A stretch of DNA of 64,000 nt, taken from NCBI GenBank assembly GCA_021325135.1, contig JAJPHT010000006.1, positions 18,481 through 82,480 of the forward strand. Reading direction: 5' to 3'. The position numbers were made by a program, and so were the translations under genes. The notes below the pieces were generated by a model. It worked only from the letters and a program-made list of their open reading frames with translations, was not told the origin of the DNA and ran no database searches. This document shows positions 36,205 to 45,312 of the stretch, piece after piece. Within the stretch, counting starts at the first letter, position 1; every line of letters starts with the position of its first letter. This DNA comes from Pseudomonadota bacterium. GTDB lineage: Archaea; Thermoplasmatota; SW-10-69-26; JACQPN01; JAJPHT01.

Positions 36205-36677
36205 GCGGGAGGGCTCGCACTCCCCCACTCCGGGCACGTCGCGCCCGCGCGCGCCTTGGCGACGCACGTCGCGGCGCCCGGGGCGAGCATGGCGCGCCCC
36301 GTGGGCGAGCGCTGCGCGAGGCCGATGCGCCGGAGCACCTCGAAGGCCCAGCGCGCCTCGCCGCGGGGCAGCCGCGTCGCGTCGGCGAGCATGCCGATGG
36401 TGCTGGGCGTCTCCTGGAGCGCGGCCGCGACGGCGGCGACGCCGGGCCGGCGGAACGCGGGCGCGGCGCGCCGGAGCACGGGGCAGAGGTCGCAGCCGAC
36501 GTTGAACCAGGCGCGCTCGCGCCCGGTCGCGTCCAGCGTCACGCGCGCCGCGCGGCGGAGCCGGCGCAGGTGGTAGTCCGCGGTCGACGGGTCGACGCCC
36601 AGGTGCTGGGCGACCATGCGCGTGCTGGCGCCGGGCGTCTTCGCGAGGTAACGGTGGATGCGCTGCCGGATGTCCAT
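36171..36677 (-). CDS. Tandem winged-helix transcriptional regulator
   Basis: RQRIHRYLAKTPG...LGVDPSTADYHLRRL; second HTH downstream. Confidence 0.75.
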   Translation of the reverse strand: MDIRQRIHRYLAKTPGASTRMVAQHLGVDPSTADYHLRRLRRAARVTLDATGRERAWFNVGCDLCPVLRRAAPAFRRPGVAAVAAALQETPSTIGMLADATRLPRGEARWAFEVLRRIGLAQRSPTGRAMLAPGAATCVAKARAGATCPEWGSASPPAGFRGRSPLRL

Positions 36678-36766
36678 GGGGAGGCGCGTGGGCCTCGCGG
36701 GTCCCAAGCTCTGCCCCGCTTGTCACGACGCTCCGCGACGCGTCCATCCCTGGGGGAAAACCGTTA

Positions 36767-36778
36767 TCACCCGGGTGA
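36767..36778. promoter_or_regulatory. Palindromic operator candidate TCACCCGGGTGA between divergent wHTH genes
   Basis: Perfect 12-bp palindrome flanked by AT-richer TATA-like segments. Confidence 0.45.
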
Positions 36779-36847
36779 GTTACAACGTGCTGCCCCGTCT
36801 GCGCGGGGCGACGCGGGCAAGCCGTCGGCTGAAGGAGGCAACGGCAG

Positions 36848-37324
36848 TTGATCTCGGCATTCCTCGTCCTGTACACCCGGCTTGACGACGCGCGCGTGCT
36901 CGATCACGGGCTGCGGCGCGCCATCGTGCGCTGCGTGCGCGAGCGCCCCGGCCTCACGGTCGCGGAGCTGGCGCGCGTGAACGGCGTCGACCCGAAGACG
37001 ATGACGCACCACCTGCGCGTGCTCGCGCGGGCCGGCTGGCTCCAGCCGCTCCCCCAGGGGCGCGGGCGGCTCTGGTTCCTCCCCGGCGACACGCGCGAGC
37101 CCGCGCCGGCCCCGCGCGTCGTGCGCGCGCTCCATGCGCTGCGCGGGGGCGCGGCGACGCCCGCCGCGCTGGCGCGCGCCCTGGGCGTGCCCCGCGGCAC
37201 GGCGGGGGGCCTGCTCGAAGGGCTCGCGCGCCTGGGGCTCGCGCGCCGCGGCGAGTCCGGATGGAGCGTCTCCGCCAAGGGGGACGAAGCCTTATGTCAA
37301 GAGGCCGGCCTCGGCGACACGTGA
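36848..37324 (+). CDS. Tandem winged-helix transcriptional regulator
   Basis: LYTRL...LDHGLRRAI..VRERPGLTVAELAR...HHLRVL; GAAGGAGG SD. Confidence 0.8.
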   Translation: MISAFLVLYTRLDDARVLDHGLRRAIVRCVRERPGLTVAELARVNGVDPKTMTHHLRVLARAGWLQPLPQGRGRLWFLPGDTREPAPAPRVVRALHALRGGAATPAALARALGVPRGTAGGLLEGLARLGLARRGESGWSVSAKGDEALCQEAGLGDT

Positions 37325-38190
37325 ACGCCGAGGACGCGCTGGAGCTTCGCCCCATGGCGGAGGGGGACCTGGCCGACCTGCTCGCCTTCGCGCACGCGCA
37401 GGGGCGCAACGTCCACCGCGAGGAGTACGCGCGCTTCCTCGCCCTGGAAGGCGCGCGCGGCTTCGTGCTGCGCCAGCAGGGCTCGCTCGCGGGCGCCATC
37501 ACGGCAATCCGCTACTTCGAGCACGGCTTCCTGGGCCCGGTGCTCGCGCCCGGCGGCGCGGACGGCCTCGCCATCGCGCTCCTGGCGCACGCCATCGAAG
37601 GCCTTCAGCGCGGCGGCGCGAGCCTCCTGGAGGCCGAGGCCACGGAGGAGGAGCGCGCGATCCTCGCCCGCATGGGGTTCCACGCCCTCCGCAGCACGCT
37701 GGTCCTGGAGCGGCCCGCGGGCGCGGGGAGCGGCGCGGCGACGCGCACGGAGCGGCTCGGCCCGGGCGACTTCCTGGACCTGGGCGCGCTGGACGCCGCG
37801 GCGGTGGGCTACGGGCGCAAGGAGTTCCTCTACGCGCTCATGCAGGACTACCCCGAGGGCGCGCGCGTCGTGCGCGGCGGGGGCGACGTCCACGGCTACG
37901 CCTTCCTGCGCCGCTCGCGCCGGGGCTATCACCTGGGGCCCCTGGTCACGCGCGAAGGCGACCTGGAGTCCGCCCGCGCGCTCCTCTCCGACGCGGCGGC
38001 GCTCGCTGCGGGGTGGCCCCTGGTGGCGCTGGCGCCGGAGGAGAGCCCCCTGGTGGGCGCGCTCTCGGAGGCCGGGTTCGCCCCCGTGGGGCGGCTCACG
38101 CGCATGCGCGCGGGCGCGCCGGGCCGCGAGGTCGCGGGCGACGCCACGCGGGCCACCGAGTGGCTCGTCGGGTCGCGCATCACCGGATAG
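37321..38190 (+). CDS. Tandem-domain GNAT N-acetyltransferase
   Basis: LRPMAEGDL, LEAEAT..MGF, second domain with LGPLV; GTGA overlap. Confidence 0.8.
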   Translation: MNAEDALELRPMAEGDLADLLAFAHAQGRNVHREEYARFLALEGARGFVLRQQGSLAGAITAIRYFEHGFLGPVLAPGGADGLAIALLAHAIEGLQRGGASLLEAEATEEERAILARMGFHALRSTLVLERPAGAGSGAATRTERLGPGDFLDLGALDAAAVGYGRKEFLYALMQDYPEGARVVRGGGDVHGYAFLRRSRRGYHLGPLVTREGDLESARALLSDAAALAAGWPLVALAPEESPLVGALSEAGFAPVGRLTRMRAGAPGREVAGDATRATEWLVGSRITG

Positions 38191-38221
38191 GCTCAAGCGG
38201 ACCCCCCGCGCTGCGGACCGC

Positions 38222-38695
38222 ATGGAGGAGCCGGTGGCGCGCGGCGCGTTCGTCCTCGCCGGGCATCGCCACGCCGTGAGCATGGCCGCCCTCGCGAAGG
38301 AGTGCTCGGGCATGCTGCGCGCGCTGCGCGCCGAGACGGGCGCGCCCCCCGCGGAGGCGGACTTCCTCGTCCTCCTCGTGGAGGAGGGGAAGGACCCGCG
38401 CGACGCCGCTCTCCCCGATCTCAAGGACCGCGCCGCGGCCGCGCTGGGGTTCTCCCACGGAGAGTCCGACGCCGAGGCGCGCGCCGTGGTCGCGGCCGCC
38501 CGGAGGCATCTGCGCGCGCACGGCGCGAGCCTCGGAGCGCGAGAGCTGGTCTTCCGCCCCGGCGATTTCGGCCACCTGGGCCTGGAGAGCGACGGCCTCC
38601 GCGAGCGCCTGGAGGTGCTGCTGCGGGCCCTCGTGCTTGACGCCGAGCGCCTGCGCCTGAAGCGCGAAGGCTGGGAAGAGCCCGAGCCGCGCTGA
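38222..38695 (+). CDS. Hypothetical protein
   Basis: Coding-like ORF filling the gap between co-oriented genes. Confidence 0.55.
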   Translation: MEEPVARGAFVLAGHRHAVSMAALAKECSGMLRALRAETGAPPAEADFLVLLVEEGKDPRDAALPDLKDRAAAALGFSHGESDAEARAVVAAARRHLRAHGASLGARELVFRPGDFGHLGLESDGLRERLEVLLRALVLDAERLRLKREGWEEPEPR

Positions 38696-38756
38696 CAACG
38701 CCCGCACAGGAAACGCTTTAGGCCGCCCGCCGGGCTCGGACCCCTGAGGGAAGGCT

Positions 38757-40103
38757 TTGTCGCGCCACTCCATCCTCGCGGTCGCTCTCGTGCTCGTGGG
38801 CGCCGCCGTCGCGGGCTGCGTCTCGCAGACCCCCGCGGACGTCAAGCAGGCCTCGGCCTCGCTCCCGGACCTCACGAAGCCCGTCTTCGCCGCGACGAAG
38901 CTCCTGGACACCGTGCGCGCGGGCGGAGAGCCCGTCATCGCCATCACGCCCAAGGGGACCATCCTCGTGGGCGCGCACCCGGGCTGGACGCACACGCGCT
39001 ACCCGCCCTCGCCCAACCTCGTCGAGCCCGCCACGGGGCAGAGCTACATGTGGCGCAGCACCGACAACGGCACCACCTTCGCCCCCGTGGGCCTCCCCGG
39101 CGCCAACGGCGTGGGCCCCCGCGGCATCGGCCAGGGCGTCAGCGACCCCGACTTCGCCATCGACAAGAACGGGCGCATCTACTTCACCGACCTCGAAGGG
39201 CTCGCCAGCGCGTCCGTCTCGTGGAGCGACGACGACGGCCAGACGTGGCTCATGGGCAACGACGTGGCGGCGTCCTTCGGCGGCGGGCCCATCGACCGCA
39301 ACTGGCTCGCGGCGCAGGGCACGGACGTCTACTTCGAGGGCAACTACTTCCAGAACGGCGAGCAGATCCTCAAGTCCACCGACGGCGGCATCACCTGGAG
39401 CGTCGTGGGCCAGCCCCCCTGCGAGCAGCAGTTCGTCGTGCCCCAGCCCAAGACGATCCTCGTGGGCTGCCCCACCGGCATGGCGGTGAGCACGGACGAC
39501 GGCGCGCACTTCGAGCCGCGCCTGGTCCCCGGCGCCAAGGCCGAGAGCCGCGGCATGTCGCTCCCCGCCCTGGACGCCGCGGGCAACGTCTACGTCACGT
39601 GGGCCGCGGCGGACGGCATCTACGTCGCGGGCACCCGCGACCTGGGCAAGACCTGGAGCCACCCCATCAACCTCGCCAAGGCCGGCGGCCTCACCGGCAC
39701 CAACGTGTGGCCCTGGGTCGTGGCGGGCGACGCGGGCCGCGTCGCGGTGCTCTGGTACGGCACCAACGCCACGGGCGGCCCTGCCAACGCGACGGGCGAC
39801 TGGTTCGTCTACGAGGCCACCGTCCTCGATGCCATGAACGACACGGCGCAGGTGTCGGCCACGCAGGTCACGCCCAAGCCCATCTTCCAGGGGCACATCT
39901 GCCAGAACGGCACGACGTGCCAGGCCGACCCCTCCCCCGCGGGCGACCGCCGCCTGGGCGACTTCTTCGAGGCCGCCGTGGACGCGCAGGGCTACGTGCA
40001 CGTCGTCTACGCCGTGGCCCTGGGGGACAGCATCAGCCACCCCGGCTACAGCAAGCAGACGGGCGGCATCCCCCTGAAGGCGCCCTCGTCTGCCAACGGC
40101 TGA
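38757..40103 (+). CDS. BNR/Asp-box repeat (sialidase-like beta-propeller) lipoprotein
   Basis: Lipobox VAGC; repeated S-x-D-x-G-x-T-W/F boxes. Confidence 0.88.
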   Translation: MSRHSILAVALVLVGAAVAGCVSQTPADVKQASASLPDLTKPVFAATKLLDTVRAGGEPVIAITPKGTILVGAHPGWTHTRYPPSPNLVEPATGQSYMWRSTDNGTTFAPVGLPGANGVGPRGIGQGVSDPDFAIDKNGRIYFTDLEGLASASVSWSDDDGQTWLMGNDVAASFGGGPIDRNWLAAQGTDVYFEGNYFQNGEQILKSTDGGITWSVVGQPPCEQQFVVPQPKTILVGCPTGMAVSTDDGAHFEPRLVPGAKAESRGMSLPALDAAGNVYVTWAAADGIYVAGTRDLGKTWSHPINLAKAGGLTGTNVWPWVVAGDAGRVAVLWYGTNATGGPANATGDWFVYEATVLDAMNDTAQVSATQVTPKPIFQGHICQNGTTCQADPSPAGDRRLGDFFEAAVDAQGYVHVVYAVALGDSISHPGYSKQTGGIPLKAPSSANG

Positions 40104-40115
40104 CAAACATCCCAT

Positions 40116-40239
40116 CTTGGTGCGGGACGGAGACAGAGGGTTCGTTCCCGGCGGCTCCCGCAAGCCTCCAAGCCTCCCAACAGCCTCCGTTCTCTCACAG
40201 CCTCCTGTGGGTCGCCGGGATTCATTCTCCACCGCCAAG
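40116..40239. repeat. Structured repeat element, copy 1: hairpin enclosing four AGCCTCC units
   Basis: 33-nt core CAAGCCTCCAAGCCTCCCAACAGCCTCCGTTCT (40161-40193) identical to 41561-41593; closing stem CCCGGCGGCTCC/GGGTCGCCGGG. Confidence 0.85.
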
Positions 40240-40253
40240 CTCTCCAGCGACCG

Positions 40254-40260
40254 CTTTAAG
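40254..40260 (+). promoter_or_regulatory. TATA box (CTTTAAG) of the leaderless PAS-V4R gene
   Basis: 25 nt upstream of ATG 40285. Confidence 0.55.
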
Positions 40261-40284
40261 GCCCGTCCGGACAAAGCAGGGTGC

Positions 40285-41499
40285 ATGGTGGCGCCGCCGT
40301 CCTCGCCTCTCGACGAGCACGACCTCCATCGCATCGTCTTCGCGGCGCAGAGCGACCTGGGCGAAGGCATCCTCGTCGTCGACCGCACGCGCGTCGTGTA
40401 CGCCAACGACGCGTACTGCCGCATCGTGGGCCGCACGCGCGAGGAGGTCCAGGGGTTGGCCAGCCTCCTCGACATCGTCGTCCCCGAGGATCGCCAGGCG
40501 ATCTACGAGCGCGAGATGCGCCGCGGCCGGGGCGAGGACGTGCCCCTCTTCTACGAGACGACCATCGTGCGCCCTGACGGCACGCGCGTCCCCATCGAGA
40601 TCGGCCTGCGCCCCGCCGCGGGCGACGTGCCGGGGCGCTACGTGAGCGTCGTGCGCGACGTCACCTCGCGAAGGGCCAGCGAGGCCGCGCTGCGGGAGAC
40701 CGAGGAGCGCTTCCGCCGCGCCTTCAGCGACGCCGCGACGGGCATGGCCATCTACGACACCCAGGGGCGCTTCCAGCGCGTGAACCAGGCGCTCTGCGAC
40801 CTCCTGGGTTACAACGAGGAGGAGATGCTCAAGCTCACCTACCGCGAGGTCACGCACCCGGAGGACCTGGAGGCCCTCGTCGCGCTGGGCCGCCAGTTCA
40901 TCAGCGCCAGCGCGACGGACTCCGTGCGCTTCGAGCGCCGCTACCGGCGCAAGGACGGCGCCACCGTGTGGGCGCACGTCAACAGCAGCCCCATCCTGGA
41001 CGACCAGAAGAGGACCCTCTACTACGTGACGCACATCTTCGACATCTCCGCGCGCAAGGCCGCGGAGGACCTCACGCGCAAGGACCAGGTGAGCCGCCGC
41101 GTCGTGCGCCACATCCTGCGCGACATCTCGGACCGGCCCTCGACGAGCACCGCGATCCGCCGCGACCTGGGCCGCAGCCTCGCGGGCGAGACGTCCGAGG
41201 AGACGATCAAGGGGTGCCTGGACTTCTTCGGCTCCCTGGGGATCGGCGCCCTGGAGGTGGAGAGCGGCGAAGGGGACCGCTACTCCATCCGGGGGCGGGA
41301 CCTCCTGGAGATGACGCCCGGGGCCGGGGTCCCCACGTGCCACATCGCCTTGGGCTTCCTGGAGGGGTGCGTCGCCCGGCTCCACGGCGGGAACGCCCTG
41401 GGCGCCGAGTTGTCCTGCCAGAGCACGGGGCAGGAGGCGTGCCGGTTCGTGGTCCACGCCCGGGCCGCCCCTGGGGAGAAGTTGTCTGGTCGATCCTGA
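40285..41499 (+). CDS. PAS-PAS-V4R sensor protein
   Basis: Two PAS/PAC domains (YANDAYC..GR, VNQALCDLLGY..THPED, RKDG..W); C-terminal V4R with CH..GFLEG...C..G...CRF. Confidence 0.88.
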   Translation: MVAPPSSPLDEHDLHRIVFAAQSDLGEGILVVDRTRVVYANDAYCRIVGRTREEVQGLASLLDIVVPEDRQAIYEREMRRGRGEDVPLFYETTIVRPDGTRVPIEIGLRPAAGDVPGRYVSVVRDVTSRRASEAALRETEERFRRAFSDAATGMAIYDTQGRFQRVNQALCDLLGYNEEEMLKLTYREVTHPEDLEALVALGRQFISASATDSVRFERRYRRKDGATVWAHVNSSPILDDQKRTLYYVTHIFDISARKAAEDLTRKDQVSRRVVRHILRDISDRPSTSTAIRRDLGRSLAGETSEETIKGCLDFFGSLGIGALEVESGEGDRYSIRGRDLLEMTPGAGVPTCHIALGFLEGCVARLHGGNALGAELSCQSTGQEACRFVVHARAAPGEKLSGRS

Positions 41500-41528
41500 C
41501 AAGCATCGTACCATGCCCGCCGGCGCCC

Positions 41529-41639
41529 CCTGGAGGGATGGAGAACCCGGCGGCTTCCGACAAGCCTCCAAGCCTCCCAACAGCCTCCGTTCTACAGCCT
41601 CCCAACAGACGGAGCCGCCGGGTTTGCTCTCCACCAAGG
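41529..41639. repeat. Structured repeat element, copy 2: hairpin enclosing four AGCCTCC units
   Basis: Stem AACCCGGCGGCTTCC/GGAGCCGCCGGGTT; core identical to copy 1, exactly 1400 bp away. Confidence 0.85.
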
Positions 41640-41739
41640 TCTTCCGAACGCCCGCGGGCTTCCGCGGGACTCCTTCTCCATAGACCTACGGAGAATCCAA
41701 CGCGATGCTCCATAGGCTCCGGACGACAAAGCTGGGGCG

Positions 41740-42396
41740 ATGATGAACCGAACCATGGACCCGACCCTGGAGGTCGCGGTCAAGACGGCCGGACCTGCGG
41801 GCCGGCCCCCCCGCCCCAACCTGCGCATCGCGGTGGACTTCGACGGAGTCCTCTTCGACCACATCCCCTACCTCCTGCGCGGCTTCCGCGACGCGCACGG
41901 CATCGACCTGGCCGCGGAGGGGCTGCGCCACTGGGACTTCTTCCAGTACCGCGCCGTCCGCGAGCGCAACCTGAGCTGGAACGCCGTGAAGACGGTCCTG
42001 GAGCGCATCGACCAGGACCCCGTGCTGCACGACTGCGACGCGCGCGACCCCGACGCGGCCGACGTGATCGCCTCCTGGCGCGCGCAGGGGCACCAGGTCA
42101 GCGTCGTCACGGCGCGCGAGCCCGGAGCCCGCGCCACCACCGAGGCGTTCCTCGCCCGCAACGGCATCCGCGTGGACGAGGTCGTCATGGGCGCGCGCCT
42201 CAAGACGGGCTACGACGTGCTCGTCGACGACGCGCCGCACAACGTCCTCATGGCGGCGGCCGACGGCGGCCTGGCCCTCCTCATGGACCACCCCTACAAC
42301 CGCGACGTGCCCAGCAAGAGGAACCCGCTGCGCGTGCGCCGCTGGCGCGAGATCGAGCCCATCGTCGCGGGCCTCGCCCTGGAGGCCGCCGCGTGA
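41740..42396 (+). CDS. HAD-family 5'(3')-deoxyribonucleotidase-like (NT5C type)
   Basis: IAVDFDGV, VVTAR, LVDDAPHN, HPYN. Confidence 0.85.
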   Translation: MMNRTMDPTLEVAVKTAGPAGRPPRPNLRIAVDFDGVLFDHIPYLLRGFRDAHGIDLAAEGLRHWDFFQYRAVRERNLSWNAVKTVLERIDQDPVLHDCDARDPDAADVIASWRAQGHQVSVVTAREPGARATTEAFLARNGIRVDEVVMGARLKTGYDVLVDDAPHNVLMAAADGGLALLMDHPYNRDVPSKRNPLRVRRWREIEPIVAGLALEAAA

Positions 42397-42674
42397 GCGC
42401 CTGGTGGGCCTACGCGGGCGCGGCGCTCCTTGTGGCCGCGACCCTCCCCCAGGCGGCCCGCCTCGTGCGGACGCGCCGCGCCGACGACCTCACGTGGGGG
42501 TTCGTGGCCTTGAACGCCGGGGGCATCGCGCTCCTGGGCCTGCGCAGCGCGGAGATCGGCGAGTGGGGGTTCGTCGCGGTGAACGCCAGCACGGCGGCCT
42601 TCTGGCTGCTGGTGGCAGGAATCAAGGCGTGGCCCCACGCCACAGAGAAGAGAAGTGCGGGTGTCGAGATTTGA
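42393..42674 (+). CDS. PQ-loop/SemiSWEET-like small membrane transporter
   Basis: TLPQAARLVRTRRADDLT; three TM segments; GTGA overlap. Confidence 0.8.
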   Translation: MSAWWAYAGAALLVAATLPQAARLVRTRRADDLTWGFVALNAGGIALLGLRSAEIGEWGFVAVNASTAAFWLLVAGIKAWPHATEKRSAGVEI

Positions 42675-42729
42675 ACTCGAGCAGCAACGTTGGCAACGTT
42701 GTGTACTAGCCAGGCTATACTACACCCGC
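42656..42729 (-). tRNA. tRNA-Gly(GCC)
   Basis: GCGGGTG/CACCCGC acceptor stem; anticodon arm CAACG-TTGCCAA-CGTTG; T-arm TCGAG-TTCAAAT-CTCGA; CCA not encoded. Confidence 0.95.
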
Positions 42730-42862
42730 GGATGCGAGCCCCCCTCAGGAAGGGTGGCAACCCTCGAATGCAGAACCCCTATTTGACGATTTCTTGGGCC
42801 AGAACGAGGCCCCTCCCGCGCGCCACGCGGCTTCATGCCGGGCACCCTCCATCGTGCATCCC

Positions 42863-42947
42863 GCAGGAGTACTCAAGCCCGGCCAACGAGGCGCGACTTA
42901 AGATCGTGTCCTGAAGAGGTTCCCCGGTTCGAATCCGGGCTCCTGCA
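42863..42947 (+). tRNA. tRNA-Leu(TAA)
   Basis: GCAGGAG/CTCCTGC acceptor stem; anticodon arm CGCGA-CTTAAGA-TCGTG; long variable arm; GGTTCGAATCC. Confidence 0.95.
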
Positions 42948-42965
42948 CTCGCGCGCCAGCGCGAG

Positions 42966-44645
42966 TCAGGCGCCGGACAGGGCCGGCCCAGTAACACGGG
43001 CCCCGCCCGCGGGCAGCGCCATGCGGAACGTGGCGCCGCGCCCCTCCTGCGAGCGGAACGTGAGCGACCCGCCGTGGCTCTCCACGATGCCCAGGGAGAC
43101 GGAGAGACCCAGCCCCGTGCCTTCGGGCTTGGTGGTGTGGAAGGGCGTGAAGATCTTCGCCGCCTCCCCGGAGGGGATGCCGCGGCCCTCGTCCTCCACC
43201 TCGACGACGACCCAGGGGCCCTCCTCGAAGGTGCGGATGGCGAGGCGCCCCGCGGGGCTGCCCTCCATGGCGTCCACGGCGTTGAGCACGAGGTTGAGGA
43301 GCACCTGCGAGATCTCGTCGGCGTCGACCACCACGGGCGAGCGCGCGTGGAGGTCCACCATCACCTCGCGCTCGTCCTTCACGCGCGAGAGCGCCACGGT
43401 GACGACGCTCTCGACGATGGCGTTGATGCTCTCGCTCTGCCGCAGGGCGGAGGGGCGGCGGGCGACCTTGCGGAGGCTCTGCGCGACGTGCGCGACGCGG
43501 TCGGCGCCCCGCAGCACGGCCTCCTCCAGGCCCGCGGCCTCCTGGAGCGAGGCGCGCAGGCGAGGCGGGAGCGCGGGGTCGGCGAGCGCCTCCTGGAGCG
43601 ACATGAGGACCAGCTCGCTGTTGCCGCGCATGTAGGTGAGGGGGTTGTTGATCTCGTGCGCGACGCCCGCGACCAGCGTGCCCAGCGTGCTGAGCTTCTC
43701 GCTGGCGATCACCTGGCGGCGCGTCTCCTCCAGGTCCTGCTGGGCGCGCTTCTGCTCGGTGATGTCCTCCACGACGCCGTCGTACCAGACGGTGCGGCCG
43801 TCGGACCCGCGCACGGCCCGCGCGCTGTCGCGCAGCCAGCGCACGCCGCCGTCGGTGCGAAGCCCCTCGATCTCCTCGCCGCGCACCTCGCCCTCGCGCT
43901 CCAGGCGCGCCATCCACTCGGCGCGGCGGCGCGGGTCGCGATAGAGCCGCTCCACGGGCGTGCGCAGCAATTCCTCGCGCGTGCCGATGCCCATGAGGCG
44001 CGCCGCGGTGCCGTTGGCGTCGAGGACGCGCCCCTCGGGGCTCGTGCGGTAGACGCCCACGGGGAGCCCTTCGACGAGCGCTCGATATCGTTCTTCGCTG
44101 GCGGAGGCCGCGCGGCGGAGCGCGTCGTGGCGCAGCGCGGAGCGGCTCCGCACGAACGTGAGGCACCCGGCGACGACGACGGCCAGGACCATGATGAGCA
44201 GCGCGGTGGAGGGGATGGGCCCGTCGCGGAACGCGGCGGCGGAGCCGAGCCACGCGAGGAGCGTCGCGGCGGAGAAGGCCATGACCCACGGCGGCGACAC
44301 CAGGATGGCGGCCGTGCAGAGGATGACCAGCAGGAACGAGGTGAAGCCGATGCCCGCGGGCGCGTCGGGGTAGTCCAGCGTCGTCGCGGCGAGCCCGATG
44401 GCCATGACCGCGGCCGCGACGGGGTGGCTCCAGCGCGAGGGGAGACGGTCCGAGCGCACCGCGCGCAGCGCGGCGAAGGAGGCGAGCGCCCCAGCGGCCA
44501 GCGTGAGGATGACCGGAAGGGAGCCCGCGCGGGTCGCCGCCTGCTCCACCGCCGCGAGGAGGAAGCCGCCCCCGATCCAGGGGAGGAGGGTGCCCAAGGT
44601 GTCGCGCTCCTCCTGGTCGAGGACGGCACGAGCCTCCGGGCGCAT
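42966..44645 (-). CDS. Membrane-bound PAS sensor histidine kinase
   Basis: Multi-TM N-terminus, PAS, GVAHEINNPL, N-box NAVDA, DEGRGI, FTPFHTTK, GTGLGL. Confidence 0.93.
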   Translation of the reverse strand: MRPEARAVLDQEERDTLGTLLPWIGGGFLLAAVEQAATRAGSLPVILTLAAGALASFAALRAVRSDRLPSRWSHPVAAAVMAIGLAATTLDYPDAPAGIGFTSFLLVILCTAAILVSPPWVMAFSAATLLAWLGSAAAFRDGPIPSTALLIMVLAVVVAGCLTFVRSRSALRHDALRRAASASEERYRALVEGLPVGVYRTSPEGRVLDANGTAARLMGIGTREELLRTPVERLYRDPRRRAEWMARLEREGEVRGEEIEGLRTDGGVRWLRDSARAVRGSDGRTVWYDGVVEDITEQKRAQQDLEETRRQVIASEKLSTLGTLVAGVAHEINNPLTYMRGNSELVLMSLQEALADPALPPRLRASLQEAAGLEEAVLRGADRVAHVAQSLRKVARRPSALRQSESINAIVESVVTVALSRVKDEREVMVDLHARSPVVVDADEISQVLLNLVLNAVDAMEGSPAGRLAIRTFEEGPWVVVEVEDEGRGIPSGEAAKIFTPFHTTKPEGTGLGLSVSLGIVESHGGSLTFRSQEGRGATFRMALPAGGARVTGPALSGA

Positions 44646-44670
44646 TCCTGCCGCCCTCTCCCCGGGGCAT

Positions 44671-44678
44671 TATTTAAG
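44671..44678 (-). promoter_or_regulatory. TATA box (CTTAAATA on the minus strand) for the histidine kinase gene
   Basis: 26-33 nt upstream of the start at 44645. Confidence 0.5.
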
Positions 44679-44749
44679 CGCGCGTCCACCTCCAAAGGAC
44701 GGGCCTGGGGGCCGATACGGCCAAACCGGGCGTGGCGCCTCGGCCCCCG

Positions 44750-45166
44750 ATGAGCTGCCTCTTCTGCCGCATCGCGGCCGGCGAGATCCCCTCGGAGAAG
44801 GTCCTGGAGAACGAGCGCGCCTTCGCGTTCCTGGACATCCGCCCCCTCCAGCGCGGGCACGTCCTCGTCGTGCCCAAGCGGCACCACGAGCGCTTCTCCG
44901 ACATGACGCCCGAGGACGCGGCCGCCGTCATGGACCTCGCGCAGCACGTCGCGCGCCGCCAGTCGCGGGCCCTGGGCGCGGCGGGGATCACCATCGCGGT
45001 CAACGACGGCCGCGCCGCGGGCCAGGAGGTCATGCACGTGCACGTCCACCTCGTGCCCCGCGCGGAGACGGACGGCATCGGCCCCGTGCACGCGCTCTTC
45101 CGGGGGAAGACGCCCACGCTGCGCGACGGGGAGCTTCGGGAGATCGGGGCGGAGATGCGCGGGTAG
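44750..45166 (+). CDS. HIT family hydrolase
   Basis: CLFCRI, AFLDIRP..GHVLVVPK, HVHVHLVPR. Confidence 0.95.
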   Translation: MSCLFCRIAAGEIPSEKVLENERAFAFLDIRPLQRGHVLVVPKRHHERFSDMTPEDAAAVMDLAQHVARRQSRALGAAGITIAVNDGRAAGQEVMHVHVHLVPRAETDGIGPVHALFRGKTPTLRDGELREIGAEMRG

Positions 45167-45217
45167 TGCTTTTTGTTAGAGAAGAGTCGTTCGGCCGCGC
45201 CGCAGCGCGGCCAAAAT

Positions 45218-45312
45218 GGGGGGTTTCAGGGGGGCTCGCCCCCCTGACGTCTTGATCGTCTGCTGGAACAGTTCTTTCACGTCAGGGGTCTTCGCCCCCT
45301 GAAACCCCCGCC
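45218..45312. repeat. Second inverted pair of REP-like hairpins
   Basis: GGGTTTCAGGGGGGCTCGCCCCCCTGACGT (+) and GGGGGTTTCAGGGGGCGAAGACCCCTGACGT (-) between convergent genes. Confidence 0.85.

Noticed and set aside
42656-42947. tRNA pair as an integration site for an island
   Set aside because: No integrase and no duplicated tRNA 3' end were seen in the window.
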